Assembly (NCBI GenBank): GCA_965203295.1
Contig: CBDBCZ010000009.1
Location: 160,001-224,000 of the forward strand
Source: Nitrospirales bacterium
Lineage (GTDB): Bacteria > Nitrospirota > Nitrospiria > Nitrospirales > UBA8639
Length of the DNA: 64,000 nucleotides
Direction: 5' to 3'
A program made the position numbers and the translations under genes. This document shows positions 1 through 13,260 of the stretch, piece by piece. The notes under the pieces were generated by a model. It was not told the origin of the DNA. It saw nothing but the letters and a program-made list of their open reading frames with translations, and searched no databases. The number at the start of each line of letters is the position of its first letter. Position 1 is the first letter of the stretch.

Positions 1-24
1 CGATCACGACAGTACCCTGTTGTA

Positions 25-126
25 CATTGGAACCCCTCTTAAAGGACGCCCCTGAAATAAGGACACCTCTCTATACAGGACACTTCACAAGGTCCCCAAG
101 GTGTCCACATTAGAGTGGTTCCAATG
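25..126. mobile_element. Tc1/mariner (pogo-like) MITE, ~100 bp
   Basis: Inverted termini CATTGGAACC...GGTTCCAATG flanked by TA on both sides; second copy at 1584-1689. Confidence 0.7.
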
Positions 127-249
127 TATATAACTGCCTGAGTGCATGATTACCTCTGTCACTGTATTGTAAACCAGCATACAGCCTGCCCACTCAAAGC
201 CATGTGGGTAGATGGGCAATGGCCTGATCAGCTATGTACAACAGGAAAT

Positions 250-782
250 TTACCCTGCGGCGCGTAGGCGGTGGCGGGGTTAAGCAATTGGTTCTGTCTG
301 TCCGTCCGTCCGTCCGTCCGTCTGTCCGGTGTCTGTCCACTCAAAAATCGGGCTATCTCGCGATTTACAGGGTTAAGCGATTGCTAAACACGACAGTAAC
401 ATTGAAATCAAAAAAAAAAATGTCCGGGTGTGTACCTGATAGTTGCCAAAGTGGTTCCATTCGCTGTATCTGCAGCTCTTTCTTATTTAACAACGGTGCA
501 TTCTGCCATTTTAATACGGTCACAACTAGAATACGATAGAGGCCGGGCATATACGGACTCTGGTCACGTGTTCATATTGGCAATCAGTTACGCCCACCAC
601 TTCCAATAGGATATACAGATATATACGCATACACGAGCGCTGTACACTCTGCGTGCGGATACACAGCCAGTGATATACATGTACACTTTGCCAACTACTC
701 CATCAGCCCAGTCTGCAATCCTGCCAGGTCCAAGTTGTGAATTATGCACCGCGGGGTATGTCTCTGCTAGAGACTTCTAGTT
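250..782 (+). mobile_element. Non-autonomous Helentron-like element (HINE/DINE-1 type), subfamily A
   Basis: 5' TACCCTGCG...GCGGGGTTA hairpin, (TCCG)n/GTCY microsatellite, 3' CGCGGGGTA sub-terminal repeat and CTAGAGACTTCTAG stem-loop; inserted in a T-run with no TSD. Confidence 0.75.
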
Positions 783-1583
783 TTATACAGTAGTCATGGC
801 AACCACATGGTGCAATGTAAGCAGAACCATTTGACTCATACTTGTCCAGAGGAGGGATATGGTTTTCACCAGTAGGTGTATTGGTATAGAATGACCGATC
901 TCAACATGTTCCCCAAAAATAAAGTTCATTGGACAGCTGGTTAGCAGCAGTTTTTTTGCATCAGGACTATCCACCAATAATGGTGCAGGGGATATTGTAT
1001 TGGTATGCATTTATAACCCCCAATTGTTTTGTATAATAAACTCGTTATAGTTAATTAAAGTTGAAAGTTTGGGAGCTATAATTCTATCCCATTCTATCCC
1101 ATCCCATCCCACTTATCCCATCCCAATCCTACAACCTTACCGTGTTGTTACCATGGTTATTGTGTAGGAATTTGCTGTTGTTGCTATCCCATCCTCAGTG
1201 CCCACTCACCCCTCAATGCCCTCCATTCACCTCATACACAACTACATGTGTGAAGGGAGTGGATCAAAAATGCAGAAAGCACACGCATTCCTGATTACTC
1301 CCTCCTGACACACACACAAAATGATGGCACCATGACCGTACACATGGTTCCTAGCCAGGAAAGCAGAGAGAGGCCAGACTACGCTGTACTGAAAACAAAC
1401 TCCAGACCGTAGGAAAAGCCAGGCATGAGTGGAAGAGAGCAGCAGATACCACAGGGCAGAGGGAGATAATGTCCCATTGTCCTATTGTTCAAGTTTCATA
1501 CACACTTGGTTACATTGGCTACATCATATTTCCATTGATAACGCACACACACACTCACCCCACAATCCTGCATTAACCTAGTA

Positions 1584-1689
1584 CAATGAAACCCCTCTTA
1601 AAGGACATCCCTGAAATAAGGACACCTCTCGATCTATACAGGACACTGCACAATGTCCCCAAGTTGTCCACATTAGAGGGGTTCCACTG
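1584..1689. mobile_element. Tc1/mariner (pogo-like) MITE, second copy
   Basis: Aligns along its length to 25-126. Confidence 0.65.
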
Positions 1690-1789
1690 AATACAACTTC
1701 CCGAGAGCATGATTATTTCACTCTGTTATAAACTATCTAGCTATCTACATGTAGCTTCAATGCTCCAAATTCAACAGCTATAGCTGAAC

Positions 1790-2490
1790 CAATGAGGCTA
1801 CATTAATTAGGCATCATGGCGGTTTTCCAGTTCTTGTGCACTCCTTGTTTGCCATAGCTGTACATCCTGTGGCTGCTTATAAGGAAACAGAAAATTTTTC
1901 ACAAAAGCCATGGCAACAACTGGTTACCTGGTTACAGGTGCAAAGTACATGTGTGTTCAGAGGGTACAGGAGTATATAAGAATTATATTACCTAATCAGA
2001 AAGACCATCTTGATGTAGAATTGTCAATCTCAAGCTAATCCATGAGAGTAACTCGTCGGAGAGCAGGTTAGTACCAGTTAATGTGCATCACAAGATCAGA
2101 GGAGGTAGGACACAATTCATATAGGGGATAGTATCTCACCAACTGGTCCACACTGAAAATGACCTGCAGTTTATCTCACCTTCATTGGAGGAAAGTCCAG
2201 AATGTTGTTCATTATACGTACCTCCCCAATGAGTTTTCTCTTGGACTCAGAATTAGATGTTACAGTCTCTATGGATCTGCTGGTGATATATTCCACAACA
2301 TCCATGTCCAACCTCCTCTGGACATTAGTATACTGTTTACATTGTACCCGGCTTTTGCCATGGCTACTGTATAAGAATTTCCTGTTGCAGCTGATTAGGT
2401 AGGCTGTGCAGGTGGTATCCTTGTTCACAATGCAGTGAAGTGATCATGCACTCAGGTAGTTGTGTATGAGGTGAATAGAGGGCATTGTGG
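1790..2490 (+). repeat. ~700 bp non-coding segment duplicated at ~32535-33300 (partial third copy ~22590-22980)
   Basis: Colinear similarity, e.g. CACAAAAGCCATGGCAACAACTGGTTACC and TTGGAGGAAAGTCCAGAATGT in both full copies. Confidence 0.8.
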
Positions 2491-2929
2491 GGTGATCGTT
2501 GTGACTGGGACATGCCTTATATACGCTAGGAATGGGATATTAAATACCAAATTAAGGCACGTTCCAGTAGAGAGAGGAGGACATGTACAAATTAATAGCT
2601 GGCGTCACTTATGATTAAAATAATACAGTGTATGGGGGGCATAAACAGCTTTAAATTTATTACAGCACACACACACACAGCTGCTAGAAGATACACATTC
2701 CGGACATCTTAAGATAAGCATGAATTCAGTTACAGGAAAGCCATTATGCGTTCTAAAAATAGTCACTTGATGAGGTAATGCAGCACTCTACCTATCACTG
2801 TAGTGATGGGCACTGAATGCCATAGCAAACTTCAGACTACATACAAATCAGACGTAATAGCCACCTTACAGCTTAAAAGAAATTAAACCAAATCCACCCA
2901 TCAGCTCTTATGATATACGTAGTAAAATG

Positions 2930-5582
2930 CATTAAGAAGCCACAATTCATAATTAATCTGGACACGACACGGGATTGATCAAGGAATGGACAAGAATTGC
3001 AAACTATGCTTCAACTTACTACAAACAACCTTGTGTTGCATGGCCACATGGCATGGCGAATTAATGAAAACATGTGACTTACATTATTACAATCATGTTT
3101 TGGGTAGGAACGTACAATTTAATGTTAACACAACAGCAGCTCACATCTTTTAGCCCACCTGTCATTAAAACACAATTTTATGTCAGTCACAGAGCTTATT
3201 ATTAATCCACCATGCCACGTGATTAGGTGATACTGATATTGTTGAGACGTGCTCAGTTGGCACATAAGTATGTCTGTAGTAATGAGTTTAAGTGGTTTCG
3301 TGTAGAGCAATTAAGGAACACACATACTCACATCCATCTCTCGTGACTGGGGAATACGACTGCCGTACATACTCTATTCCTGTCCTACAAATGATGGAAT
3401 TGATTGTGTACTACTGGTGTAAGAACAGGCAAACGCCGAACCAAACAAGAGGTTCAAATTGGTGGGTTTCAAACTGGAGGGTAGGGTCTGCATGCATGCA
3501 ACCACACCAGTCTTATCACTGTACTCATTTTTGTCAGCAATTGATTATCGTGACTATCCTCACAGTATGTTGTGCATTATTTGCTTCCAAGCTCTAAATT
3601 GAAGAACTGGGGCCTAAAGAATTAGGCTACATTGATTAGACATCGTAACAGATTATTTCCGGATATTGTGCTGCCATATATCTAGCTAATATGAATAGTG
3701 ATTGCACACCTCGTTTCATATTCCGTGGCTGATTATTTTTGTGATGTCATTGCATTCATAGAATTTCCAGTTTGCTCATACTCGAGAGAGATCGACGTGA
3801 GTGTGTGTTTTCTTTAGTTGCTCTACAAGAAACCCATTTAACCTCATTACTACAGGCATACTCATGTGCTCAATTTGCACGTCTCATTGAAGTCTACGTT
3901 CAATCAATGTATGGATTGTAAGATGTGTGAATTGCTGCAGTGCTCACTGTCAGTCACCTGGGTTCCTATACAGCACACCCGACATTTTCAGTGCCATAAA
4001 TGACACAAACCTACATGGACTGTGTCGTATGTACGTACTACGTACAATCATATGCACTAAAATCAAAAAGTAAAGTTATAGCCCTGCCATTTTCTCATCC
4101 AATACCTTTTGAACTATCCAAAATGAGTACAGGAAGAGACTGTTGTGTGGCTGACCCTACTCAACCCCTCCAAACCTTTTGCCTGTACATTAGAGGCATT
4201 GCATGTAATGCACAAGCAGATCTTTAAGGTTGACACAACCTGTTTGCTATTAGTAAACCTCCATGCTAATTACGTAGATCACCGCCAATATCCTTACTTC
4301 CGATTATGTAGTGCTGCCTACAGGAAGGACAGTTGTGCCGGAGAAGTTTTCCATACCAATATAAGGCTTTGTACATTGCAGCTGACATGTGAAAACAATA
4401 TAGAGATGGGGCTGTGTATGTTGTGTTTATGCTATCTCTACACCTCAACGCGTTTGTTTGCTTTATGGCACTTCCATCCCTACATCTTTTATTTAATTTC
4501 AATTTCTAGGCACTCAGTGCCTATCACTACAGTGATCAGTCATTACCTCATCAAGTGACTGTTATTAGAATGCACCATGGCTTCTTTTAATTGAATTCAT
4601 GAGAATAAATGCCCTTATCTTGGAATGTGTATCATTCCAGCTGCTGTGTGTGTGTGTTGTGTTCTCTAATGCAGCCATATCACTGTATTGTTTTAATTGC
4701 TCTACACTTAAACTCAGACATTCTCAAGTGCTTAATGAGCTGGTCTCAATAAAGGACAGGTGTCAGGTGGATTGTAAGATTCGAACTGCTGTAGTTTTCA
4801 CAGACACATACCCTCCCCTGTCAGTGCCTTTCTCCAAAAATCTCTCTCTCTAGGTTCGAGCCCCATATGGCACTCGCAGCCACGACCACAAGAGCCAGTT
4901 GCAAACCCCGGTCCCGGTGCCACTTTGGTCACAAGCACTCCCGTGGAGGTTGACGTCGTCCGTACCGATTACCACCTTGACGGGACAACCGGTCATCCGG
5001 CGCTGGTGATCGACCTCACCATGCCCACCTCCGTACAAGAGACTCCTGAGCCCCCGCTGCCCAGTGCTCCTCCCCGGCTCCCTCCTCCCCGGCTCCCTCC
5101 TCCCCGGCTCCCTCCTCCCCGGCTCCCTCCTCCCCGGCTCCCTCCTCCCCGGCTCCCTCCTCCCCGGCTCCCTCCTCCCCGGCTCCCTCCTCCCTGGCTC
5201 CCTCCTCCCCGGCTCCCTCCTCCCCGGCTCCCTCCTCCCCATACAGATCCTGCAGTGGCCATAGAAACGCCTACGGCCATGGAGCCGTAAGCATATAAAG
5301 ACTTTTGCATAATTACTCTTTACTGTGCGAAATCATTTCTGTACCTCCCATGCTTTTTCATGTCCATGCAACTACTCTCATTTTCACTCCTCCCAGTTGT
5401 AGCCGACCCCGCCGGAAGAGTTACCGCAGGCTCGGAAGGCGCGACGACAGCTGTTGTCGCTGCAGCTGGAGATTTGCGAAGTGGGGAGAAGGCAGCCAAC
5501 CGGTAAGTGGACTGCATACATGATAGCTATGTAGTCGATTATGTGTACTGATACCCATAGTATGGCTAGATGAATTCTCCTA
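2930..5582 (+). repeat. ~2.6 kb direct segmental duplication, copy 1 (copy 2 at ~9625-12189)
   Basis: Long near-identical colinear sequence; the ORF track shows paired products (4599/11333, 4925/11677, 5305/11904). Confidence 0.9.
5069..5240 (+). repeat. 15-bp GC-rich minisatellite (CCTCCCCGGCTCCCT) x ~11
   Basis: Directly visible; reads (PPPRL)n; only ~2 units at the paralogous site ~11802-11840. Confidence 0.95.
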
Positions 5583-6279
5583 CCGTAGAGTACGTATCAA
5601 GCGCCCACCATGTATTAAGCGCCCACCCCCCTCTTCAGCGTCAACTTCCTGCAAAGGGTACGTTTATTCACGTTGTATCCGCCCACTCGAACGCGTTGCA
5701 AACATACGATGCGAAGTGAGGAAACAAGGTAAGTGTAGCCTTCTTTAATCAACTATTGAAGCATATGTATTAGCACGTGAGAACTGAGCCACAAAAGGGC
5801 CGGCCACGCCATGCGCAGCACGCAGTATAATTGCATTCCTAAGCGTGACACATACATATATATATATATATATACAAACGCTTGCTGAGATACGATGCAG
5901 GATTAGTTGCCTCGCGCTAAGGCGCTCGGCAATAATGTGTTGTATTTCCTTATAGGAATGTGGACGTACTTGGGATTGGTTCATCTCGAAATGACTGTCT
6001 GATCAGTGGATCACTGCTGCCAATGGGGCTCACAATAAAAATCAGGATCATGTTGTAAGTGTGTTGTGTTTGAAATGAATCAAATTCTCAGACCTTGCTG
6101 TGTCAATGTTAGCCTCGTGCCCAGGCTCTTGCGGGGGAGGAAAGTTAAGCCTGGTATACACAGCTTGTGCATGCTGGGTCCCCCAGGATTTCTTCTGGGA
6201 ATTTGGATCCACCCTTCATGGTACTGCCGTCCATTGCACTAGTGTAGTGGACGAGTTACAAGCACCTTGGGAGTGATTC

Positions 6280-6429
6280 CAGGGTTTCATACATGGGGGG
6301 GGGGGGGGGGGCTGGGATTTTCCCCCTCCAGCAAGAGTTTCCCCCCCCCCCCCCCCCCCCCCCCCCAGGATTTTGAAAAATATGATGGCATCATAGCATC
6401 AAAAAAAATGGCAGCTGTATGAAACCCTG
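6280..6429. mobile_element. MITE with 14-bp TIR and 5-bp TSD (possibly hAT5-like)
   Basis: CAGGGTTTCATACA...TGTATGAAACCCTG flanked by GATTC (6275-6279 and 6430-6434); internal poly-G and poly-C runs. Confidence 0.7.
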
Positions 6430-7780
6430 GATTCTATATGCATGCCTAGAAAGTGATTGCTAGTTTGATTCTTCAATCTCGTTTGCTTCTGGAAAGCCTA
6501 CAAGACCAGCACTACAACTGAAAATCCAGCCTCTGCCAAGTGATTCCGAATTTTCATGGTAAGACATAACTATACCATAGCCCTAGTGGATAGAAAGGTA
6601 CAGGTCTTATTGCTTTTTTACAACTGGTTTTAAAGCCATTCTTAGTTAAGAGAAAGGAGAATGACATAGTTTCCAGTTCTTCCGTGTATACTGCCTCCGT
6701 ACTACTCCTTGCCACCCGGCTGAAGTCACGGATACATTTACTGACTCTTTTCCAAAATTTCTTGATGCGTACACAAACAGTATATATACCCAACTCTACA
6801 TTCTTCCCCTAGGCACAGGGCTATATCAATATGTTTCTGTACCTCCCATTACATGCTTTTAGTACAGCTTCAGACTTTTTGTCTATTGATATTCGTGGGC
6901 AGGGAGACTTAGCTAATTATGTCTTTAGGCAAATACACCATGTTACATAGTTAGTGTGTGTTGTGCACGCTTGGATTCAACCCCCAAATACATAGGTTAA
7001 TTCATGTGCATTTTGTACATGAGACCTTTATGCCCCCGCTTACCTAGGTCGTATAACTTGGACTTTTCGTTCTGCACCTGTGATGAAGAGCTTATAGCAT
7101 GTCGTTCAAATAACATTTCACACCCATGTTCGTCTACCCTGAGCAGCCTCGTATCCGGGCCATGTGGCCTGGATACGAGGCTGATGTTCATTTCCTGTTC
7201 ATTTCTAAGACATCGTTATCTATGTTTATGCAACAGCTCATCATCTTCATAAGTCAAACACAATGGATTAGTAATATCCTGGTGTGGTGCACCCACCACA
7301 GGTGTACTGTATAGCATTATTTACACTATCTGCGATATTACCTGTACTGCTCCCTGCTTCATGAACTGTGAGAATGTGGTGGGTGCGGCTTTTGAGATCA
7401 CATACAGCCACCAGGCATGATCTATGCACAAGCAGAGATAATATATTACGCGTGGCACATGGATTTTTAGAGAACAGGCTTTATTTCCATTACATAAACG
7501 CTATGGCGGCAACATGAGTATTATCTGTTATGTTGTAGGTAATCCAGGAACACAATAGACAGGAGTGTTTTATTATTATGTGGTATTAAAAGTATATCAA
7601 AACTGATACTTCCAAATTGGAATAATGTTAAAACGGAGTGCATGTTGGCAGAGAATTATTCTCTCTTGGGTCTCCCGTGCATGCAGCACAAGTGTCTGCT
7701 ATCTATGGTCTACCGTACTACTACAGGACACGTGCACGTGGTATGTGAAAAATGTAAACAGATGACATAATCCTTAATCG

Positions 7781-7880
7781 GTTGCCATGGCAAGTGAGAA
7801 TGTAGCTCGTATAATAGATTAATCTGGAATGGGCAGGGCTACCACACCACAGCACTTCCGTTTTGTGCCTGCGCGTGCGC
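7781..7880 (+). promoter_or_regulatory. Putative promoter of the small gene at 7922: X-box-, ETS- and NRF1-like motifs
   Basis: GTTGCCATGGCAAG (7781-7794), CACTTCCG (7853-7860), TGCGCGTGCGC (7870-7880) in a locally CpG-rich stretch. Confidence 0.4.
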
Positions 7881-7921
7881 TGTAAGATCTCTATGGCGCT
7901 GCAGGCTAGCTCGAGATATCA

Positions 7922-8553
7922 ATGGGGAATTGCTGTGGCGCAACGGTTAGTGGCATATGCACAGACACTCTACTTTGTCTGGTGTGGATGGCGCTAGAGA
8001 CTTCACTCATACCGCACTCCTATCCCAGAAGAGCTCTGCTCGCGAGACGGATCTGGCCAGGGAGCGAGAACCAGATATGTACGACGTAAGTGAACTGCAG
8101 TGCAAACAGTCCTGTTGAAAGTGACACAAGTACAACTACACGATGTTTATCCCCATCATATGCAGCTGTCACAGTTTCGTTCGAAGAGACGAGTTGTGAC
8201 TTTATGTGCTGAAAATGCAGAAGATTTTGTAAGTCTAATACACAATATTAAGTTTGACACATGTACACTTTATACAACCCTGAAAGCTTTTCTTTTATTT
8301 TTTAGGAAAAAAGAAAGGCAGCAGCTCTGGAGAGAGCAGATGTCCAGTGGGGAAACACACTACATGCACTAGCAGCACCTAATGCTGCTAGTGGCGCCGG
8401 CACTGGTACTCAAAGTGCCTCCCCTCCACCCCCCATCCCCACCAAAGACGTAAGTAATCATTAATGTGGTAACCAAATCTTGCTGCCAGAAAATTGGGTT
8501 TCATTAATATTTATTCCTTCTGTTTTCAGGTGATATCACATGGACAGAACTAA
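7922..8553 (+). CDS. Putative 82-aa N-myristoylated/palmitoylated microprotein (4 exons)
   Basis: Exons 7922-7945, 8029-8085, 8306-8449, 8530-8553; GTTAGT/GTAAGT donors and pyrimidine-rich AG acceptors, all phase 0; MGNCCGAT|KSSARETDLAREREPDMYD|EKRKAAALERADVQWGNTLHALAAPNAASGAGTGTQSASPPPPIPTKD|VISHGQN*. Confidence 0.65.
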
Positions 8554-9624
8554 TTACATTACATCAGTATTGACTATAAATAGATCTTTAATTTATTATT
8601 AGTGTTGTGTTGTTTTCATCTCTAATATTATGTCATTGCATGAGAGCAGTGGGATATATAGCACGTATCCTGCAGCATGTACTTCCTTAGTTACATAACC
8701 ACAAGCCACTTAACAACAGTTGTGCACATGTGCAGCAGTGGGATAGGTCAGAGAGACCACGCCCCCTCAGACGATATGTTCCCAAAATATCCTTCTTGAA
8801 TACAATTTTATCCCTCAGCTGTGCCTCGGGTGAAACTACACCTGTTGAGGATATCACAGGAAAATGTCGTCAAAACCCTACATGCTTTTCACTACAATTC
8901 ACCACACTTGACGTTATTTTCCCTACTGCAGGTCCTGCCATACTGTGCGCACATATCTTTCACATGACTGAACCCAACACTATCCCTACAGTTGATGTCA
9001 TACAATAAGCCATGGAGACAGAGTGTAGTGATATTACATGGATATTGTGCAGAAAGCATACTCACTACTATTTCCCTACAGTGTACATGTACATATTAAA
9101 CGACATGCTCTGCCGGCGCGCGCCCTACACTTGTCTCGTGCCCAGACCACACCTCTTTGGGGGTGTGGCTGGGTACGACTACCCGGCGCCGCCCATTTGT
9201 AGCAGTCACGTGGTAAATTTGTAGGGGCGGAGCTAGTCTCGTGCCCAGAATTTGGCTCCTCCTCCATAGGCCATCACATTATTGCGAGGGGAGGAGCCAA
9301 AAAGTGGCACGAGTCTAGCCCCGCCCCGCAGGTCTCTATCATGTAGATATTAGAGGGCACGACTAGCTGATCGACGGAGTGATCGTTGAGATAGGCTCCA
9401 CCTCTCACGATTCGTCACTGCAGGTACGTTTTGAGGCGGGAAGCTGTATAATTTACAAATTCTTTTGTTAATATTGTGAATTTTAATATAGTAGAGAGTT
9501 ATGGTTGATCCAAGTTAATTTGCTGTTTATGGTTGGCCCCTCAAAGTGCTCCAGCTTTTTATGGTGAAGTGTATAAAAGCACTTTGCAATGAAAAGCTGG
9601 GGTTGGAGCCTGGGACAAGGCTAT

Positions 9625-12189
9625 TGAGAAGCCTCAATTCATAATTATTCGCATAAATTGCCAATCTGGACATGGCACGAAACTGATCGAGAAAAGGGCA
9701 AGAATTGCAAACTATGCTTCAAACCATCTTGTGTTGTTGGCCACATGGCATGGCGAATTAATGAAAACATGTGACTGATATATAATCGTGTTTTCGATAG
9801 GAACGTACAATTTAATTTTAACACAACAGCAGTTCACATCTTATAGCCCACCTGTCATTAAGTGATATTGTTGAGATGTGCTCAGTCGGCACATGAGTAT
9901 GTCTGTAGTAATGAGTTTAAGTGGCTTCGTGTAGAGCACTTAAGGAACACACATACTCACATCCATCTTTTGTGACTAGGGAATACGACTGCCATACATA
10001 CTCTATTCCTGTCCTACAAATGATGGATTCGAATTGATTGTGTACTTTGACTATTGGTGCAAGGACAGGCAAACGCCGAACCAAACAAGAGGTTTGGTGG
10101 GTTTCAAACTGGAGGGTAGGGTCAACCACACCACAGTCCCTTCATCTTATTACTGTACTCATTTTTGTCAGCAATTGATTATCGTAACTGTCCTCATAGT
10201 ATAGTTATGAATTATTTGCTTCCAAGCTCTAAATTGAAGAACTGGGGCCTAAAGAATTAGGCTACATTAATTACATGTAGACATCGTAACACTATTTCCG
10301 GATATTGTGCTACCATATATCTAGCTAATATAAATAGTAATTGCACACCTTGTTTCATATTCTGTGGCTGATTGTTTTTGTGATGTCATTGTATTTAAAG
10401 AATGCATTTCAAATTTGCTCATACTCGAGAGAGATCGACGTGAGTGTGTGTGTTCTTTAGTTGCTCTACAAGAAACCCACTTAAACCCATTACTACAGGC
10501 ATACTCATGTGCCCACTGAGCACTTCTCAATAAAGTCAATGAAGTCAACAATCAATTAATGTATGGATTGTAAGATGTGAACTGCTGCAGTGCTCACTGT
10601 CAGTCACCTGGGTTCCTATACAGCACACCCGACATTTTCAGTGCCATAAATGACACAAACCTACATGGACTGTGTCCTATGTGCGTACATATGCACTAAA
10701 ATCAAAAAGTAAAGTTATAGCCCTGCCATTTTCTCATCCAATACCTTCAGAACTATCCAACATGATTGCAGAAAGGGACTGTTGTGTAGTTGACCTTACC
10801 CATCAGTTTCTACCTTACCAAATGAGTACAGGAAGAGACTGTTGTGTGGTTGACCCTACTCAACCCCTCCAAACCTTTTGCCTGTACATTAGAGGCATTG
10901 CATGTACGTAATTCACAAGCAGATCTTTAAGGTTGACACAACCTGATTGCTATTAGTAAACCTCCGTGCTAATTACGTAGATCACTGCCAATATCCTTAC
11001 TTCCGACACAAACCATTATGTAATGCTGCCTACAGGAAGGACAGTTGTGCCGGAGAAGTTTTCCATACCAATATAAGGCTTTGTACATTGCAGCTGACAT
11101 TGAAAATGATATAGAGATGGGGCGGTGTATGTTGTGTTTATGCTATCTCTACACCTCAACGTGTTTGCTTGCTTTATGGCACTTCCATCCCCTACATCTT
11201 TTATTAATTTCTAGTAAGCCATTGGTAGTCTCGAGTTTGCCAGGCATTCAGTGCCTATCACTACAGTGATCAGTCATTACCTCATCAAGTGACTATTATT
11301 AGAATGCACCATGGCTTCTTTTAATTGAATTTATGAGAATAAATGCCCCTATCTTGGAATGTGTATCATTCCAGCTGCTGTGTGTGTGCTCTAATGCAGC
11401 CATATCACTGTATTGTTTTAATTGCTCTACAAGAAATCCACTTAAACTCAGACATTCTCAAGTGCTTAATGAGCTGGTCTCAATAAAGGACAGGTGTCAG
11501 GTGGATTGTAAGATTCAAACTGCTGTAGTTTTAACAGACACGTACCCTCCCCTGTCAGTGCCTTTCTCCAAAAATCTCTCTCTCTAGGTTCGACCCCCAT
11601 ATGGCACTCGCAGCCACAACCACAAGAGCCAGTTGCAAACCCCGGTCCCGGTGCCACTCCGGTCACAAGCACTCCCATGGAGGTTGACTCCGTCCGTATC
11701 GATTACCACCTTGACGGGACAACCGGTCATCCGACGCTGGTGATCGACCTCACCACGGCCACCTCCATACCAGAGACACCTGAGCCCCCGCTGCCCAGTG
11801 CTCCTCCCCGGCTCCCTCCTCCCTGGCTCCATCCTCCCCATGCAGATCCTGCAGTGGCCATAGAAACGCCTGCAGCCATGGAGCCGTAAGCATATAAGGA
11901 TTTGTGCATAATTACTCTTTACTGTGCGAAATCATCTCTGTACCTCCCATGCTTTTTCATGTCCATGCAACTACTCTCGTTTTCACTGCAGAAGCCCTCC
12001 CAGTTGTGGCCGACCCCGCCAGAAGAGTTGCCGCAGGCTCGGAAGGCGCGACGACAGCAGTTACCGCTGCAGCTGGAGATTTGCGAAGTGGGGAGAAGGT
12101 GGCCAACCGGTAAGTGGACTGCATACATGATAGCTATATAGTCGATTATGTGTACTGATACCCATATCATGGCTAGATGAATTCTCCTA
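9625..12189 (+). repeat. ~2.6 kb direct segmental duplication, copy 2
   Basis: Colinear with ~2930-5582; its left part also recurs at ~16805-17385. Confidence 0.9.
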
Positions 12190-12351
12190 ATGTCATTGTA
12201 CATAGTTGCACTCTCTACAAGCGGCCGGTTCAACCAAACAAATTTAGAATATGCCTATTACTGTTCCTCGATTGAACGGCTTTGTTGGGCTCGAGTACAG
12301 TGCAACAAAATTTTGTTTGTGTCCCAATCAGATTTGGATTGTTACTGTCTA

Positions 12352-12885
12352 AACTAGAAGTCTCTAGCAGAGACATACCCCGCGGTGCATAATTCACAAC
12401 TTGGACCTGGCAGGACTGCAGACTGCAGACTGGGCTGATGGAGTAGTTGGCAAAGTGTACATGTATATCACTGGCTGTGTATCCGCACGCAGAGTGTACA
12501 GCGCTCGTGTATGCGTATATATCTGTATATCGTCTGGGAAGTGGTGGGCGTGACTGATTGCCAATATGAACACGTGACCAGAGTCCGTATATGCCCAGCC
12601 TCTATCGTATTATAGTTGTGACCGTATTAAAATGGCAGAATGCACCGTTGTTAAAAAAGAAAGAGCTGTAGATACAGCGAATGGAACCGCTTTGGCAACT
12701 ATCAGGTACACACCCGGACATTTTTTTTTTTATTTCAATGTTACTGTCGTGTTTAGAAATCGCTTAACCCTGTAAATCGTGAGATAGCCCGATTTTGAGT
12801 GGACAGACACCGGACAGACGGACGGACGGACGGACAGACAGAACCGATTGCTTAACCCCGCCGCCGCCTATGCGCCGCGAGGTAA
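12352..12885 (-). mobile_element. Helentron-like element (HINE), subfamily A
   Basis: Near-identical reverse complement of 250-782. Confidence 0.75.
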
Positions 12886-12919
12886 TAAGGTGATACTGGC
12901 TAATCATGCCTGTACAATG

Positions 12920-13260
12920 TTTTTTGAACCTTTCTCAAGCAATAGAACGGAAATGTAGTATGCTTTCAGTTGCTAGTGACTCATCTGAGAAAGCTCTTTC
13001 GGCAGTTTTTAAACTGGATTAACGTAAAGCAGTTAATAGTGTCCCCACTGTTCAGAGATTCTCTCAGTGGGCAGTACATTTCAACAGAATTGTCTGTCTG
13101 AAATTTTTCTACCAAACTATTCAGAGAAGATTACGACGGTACGTAGCCAATACCTCAAACATTTTCAAAGTACTGCTGAAATTAAAGTTGAAATTGAAGA
13201 ACTTTCAATATTCTCCACTTCGCCCTTGTTTCTATAGTATCCCATATACTGACAGGAAGT
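12920..13260 (-). mobile_element. Degraded hAT-like transposase C-terminal remnant
   Basis: Minus strand reads KTAERAFS followed by frameshifted QLKAY..RS..ERF, resembling the hAT dimerisation motif AERSFSxLxRLKTYLRS; several stops. Confidence 0.35.

Noticed and set aside
4850..5310. Overlapping ORFs (GRREP)n, (GGGSR)n, (LLPGS)n
   Set aside because: By-products of a stop-free 15-bp minisatellite read in other frames.
5583..7400. Possible transposase remnants and a pogo-like terminus (TACCGTA...AAGCGCCC) at the duplication breakpoint
   Set aside because: No matching opposite terminus found, and peptide fragments are too degraded to assign a family.
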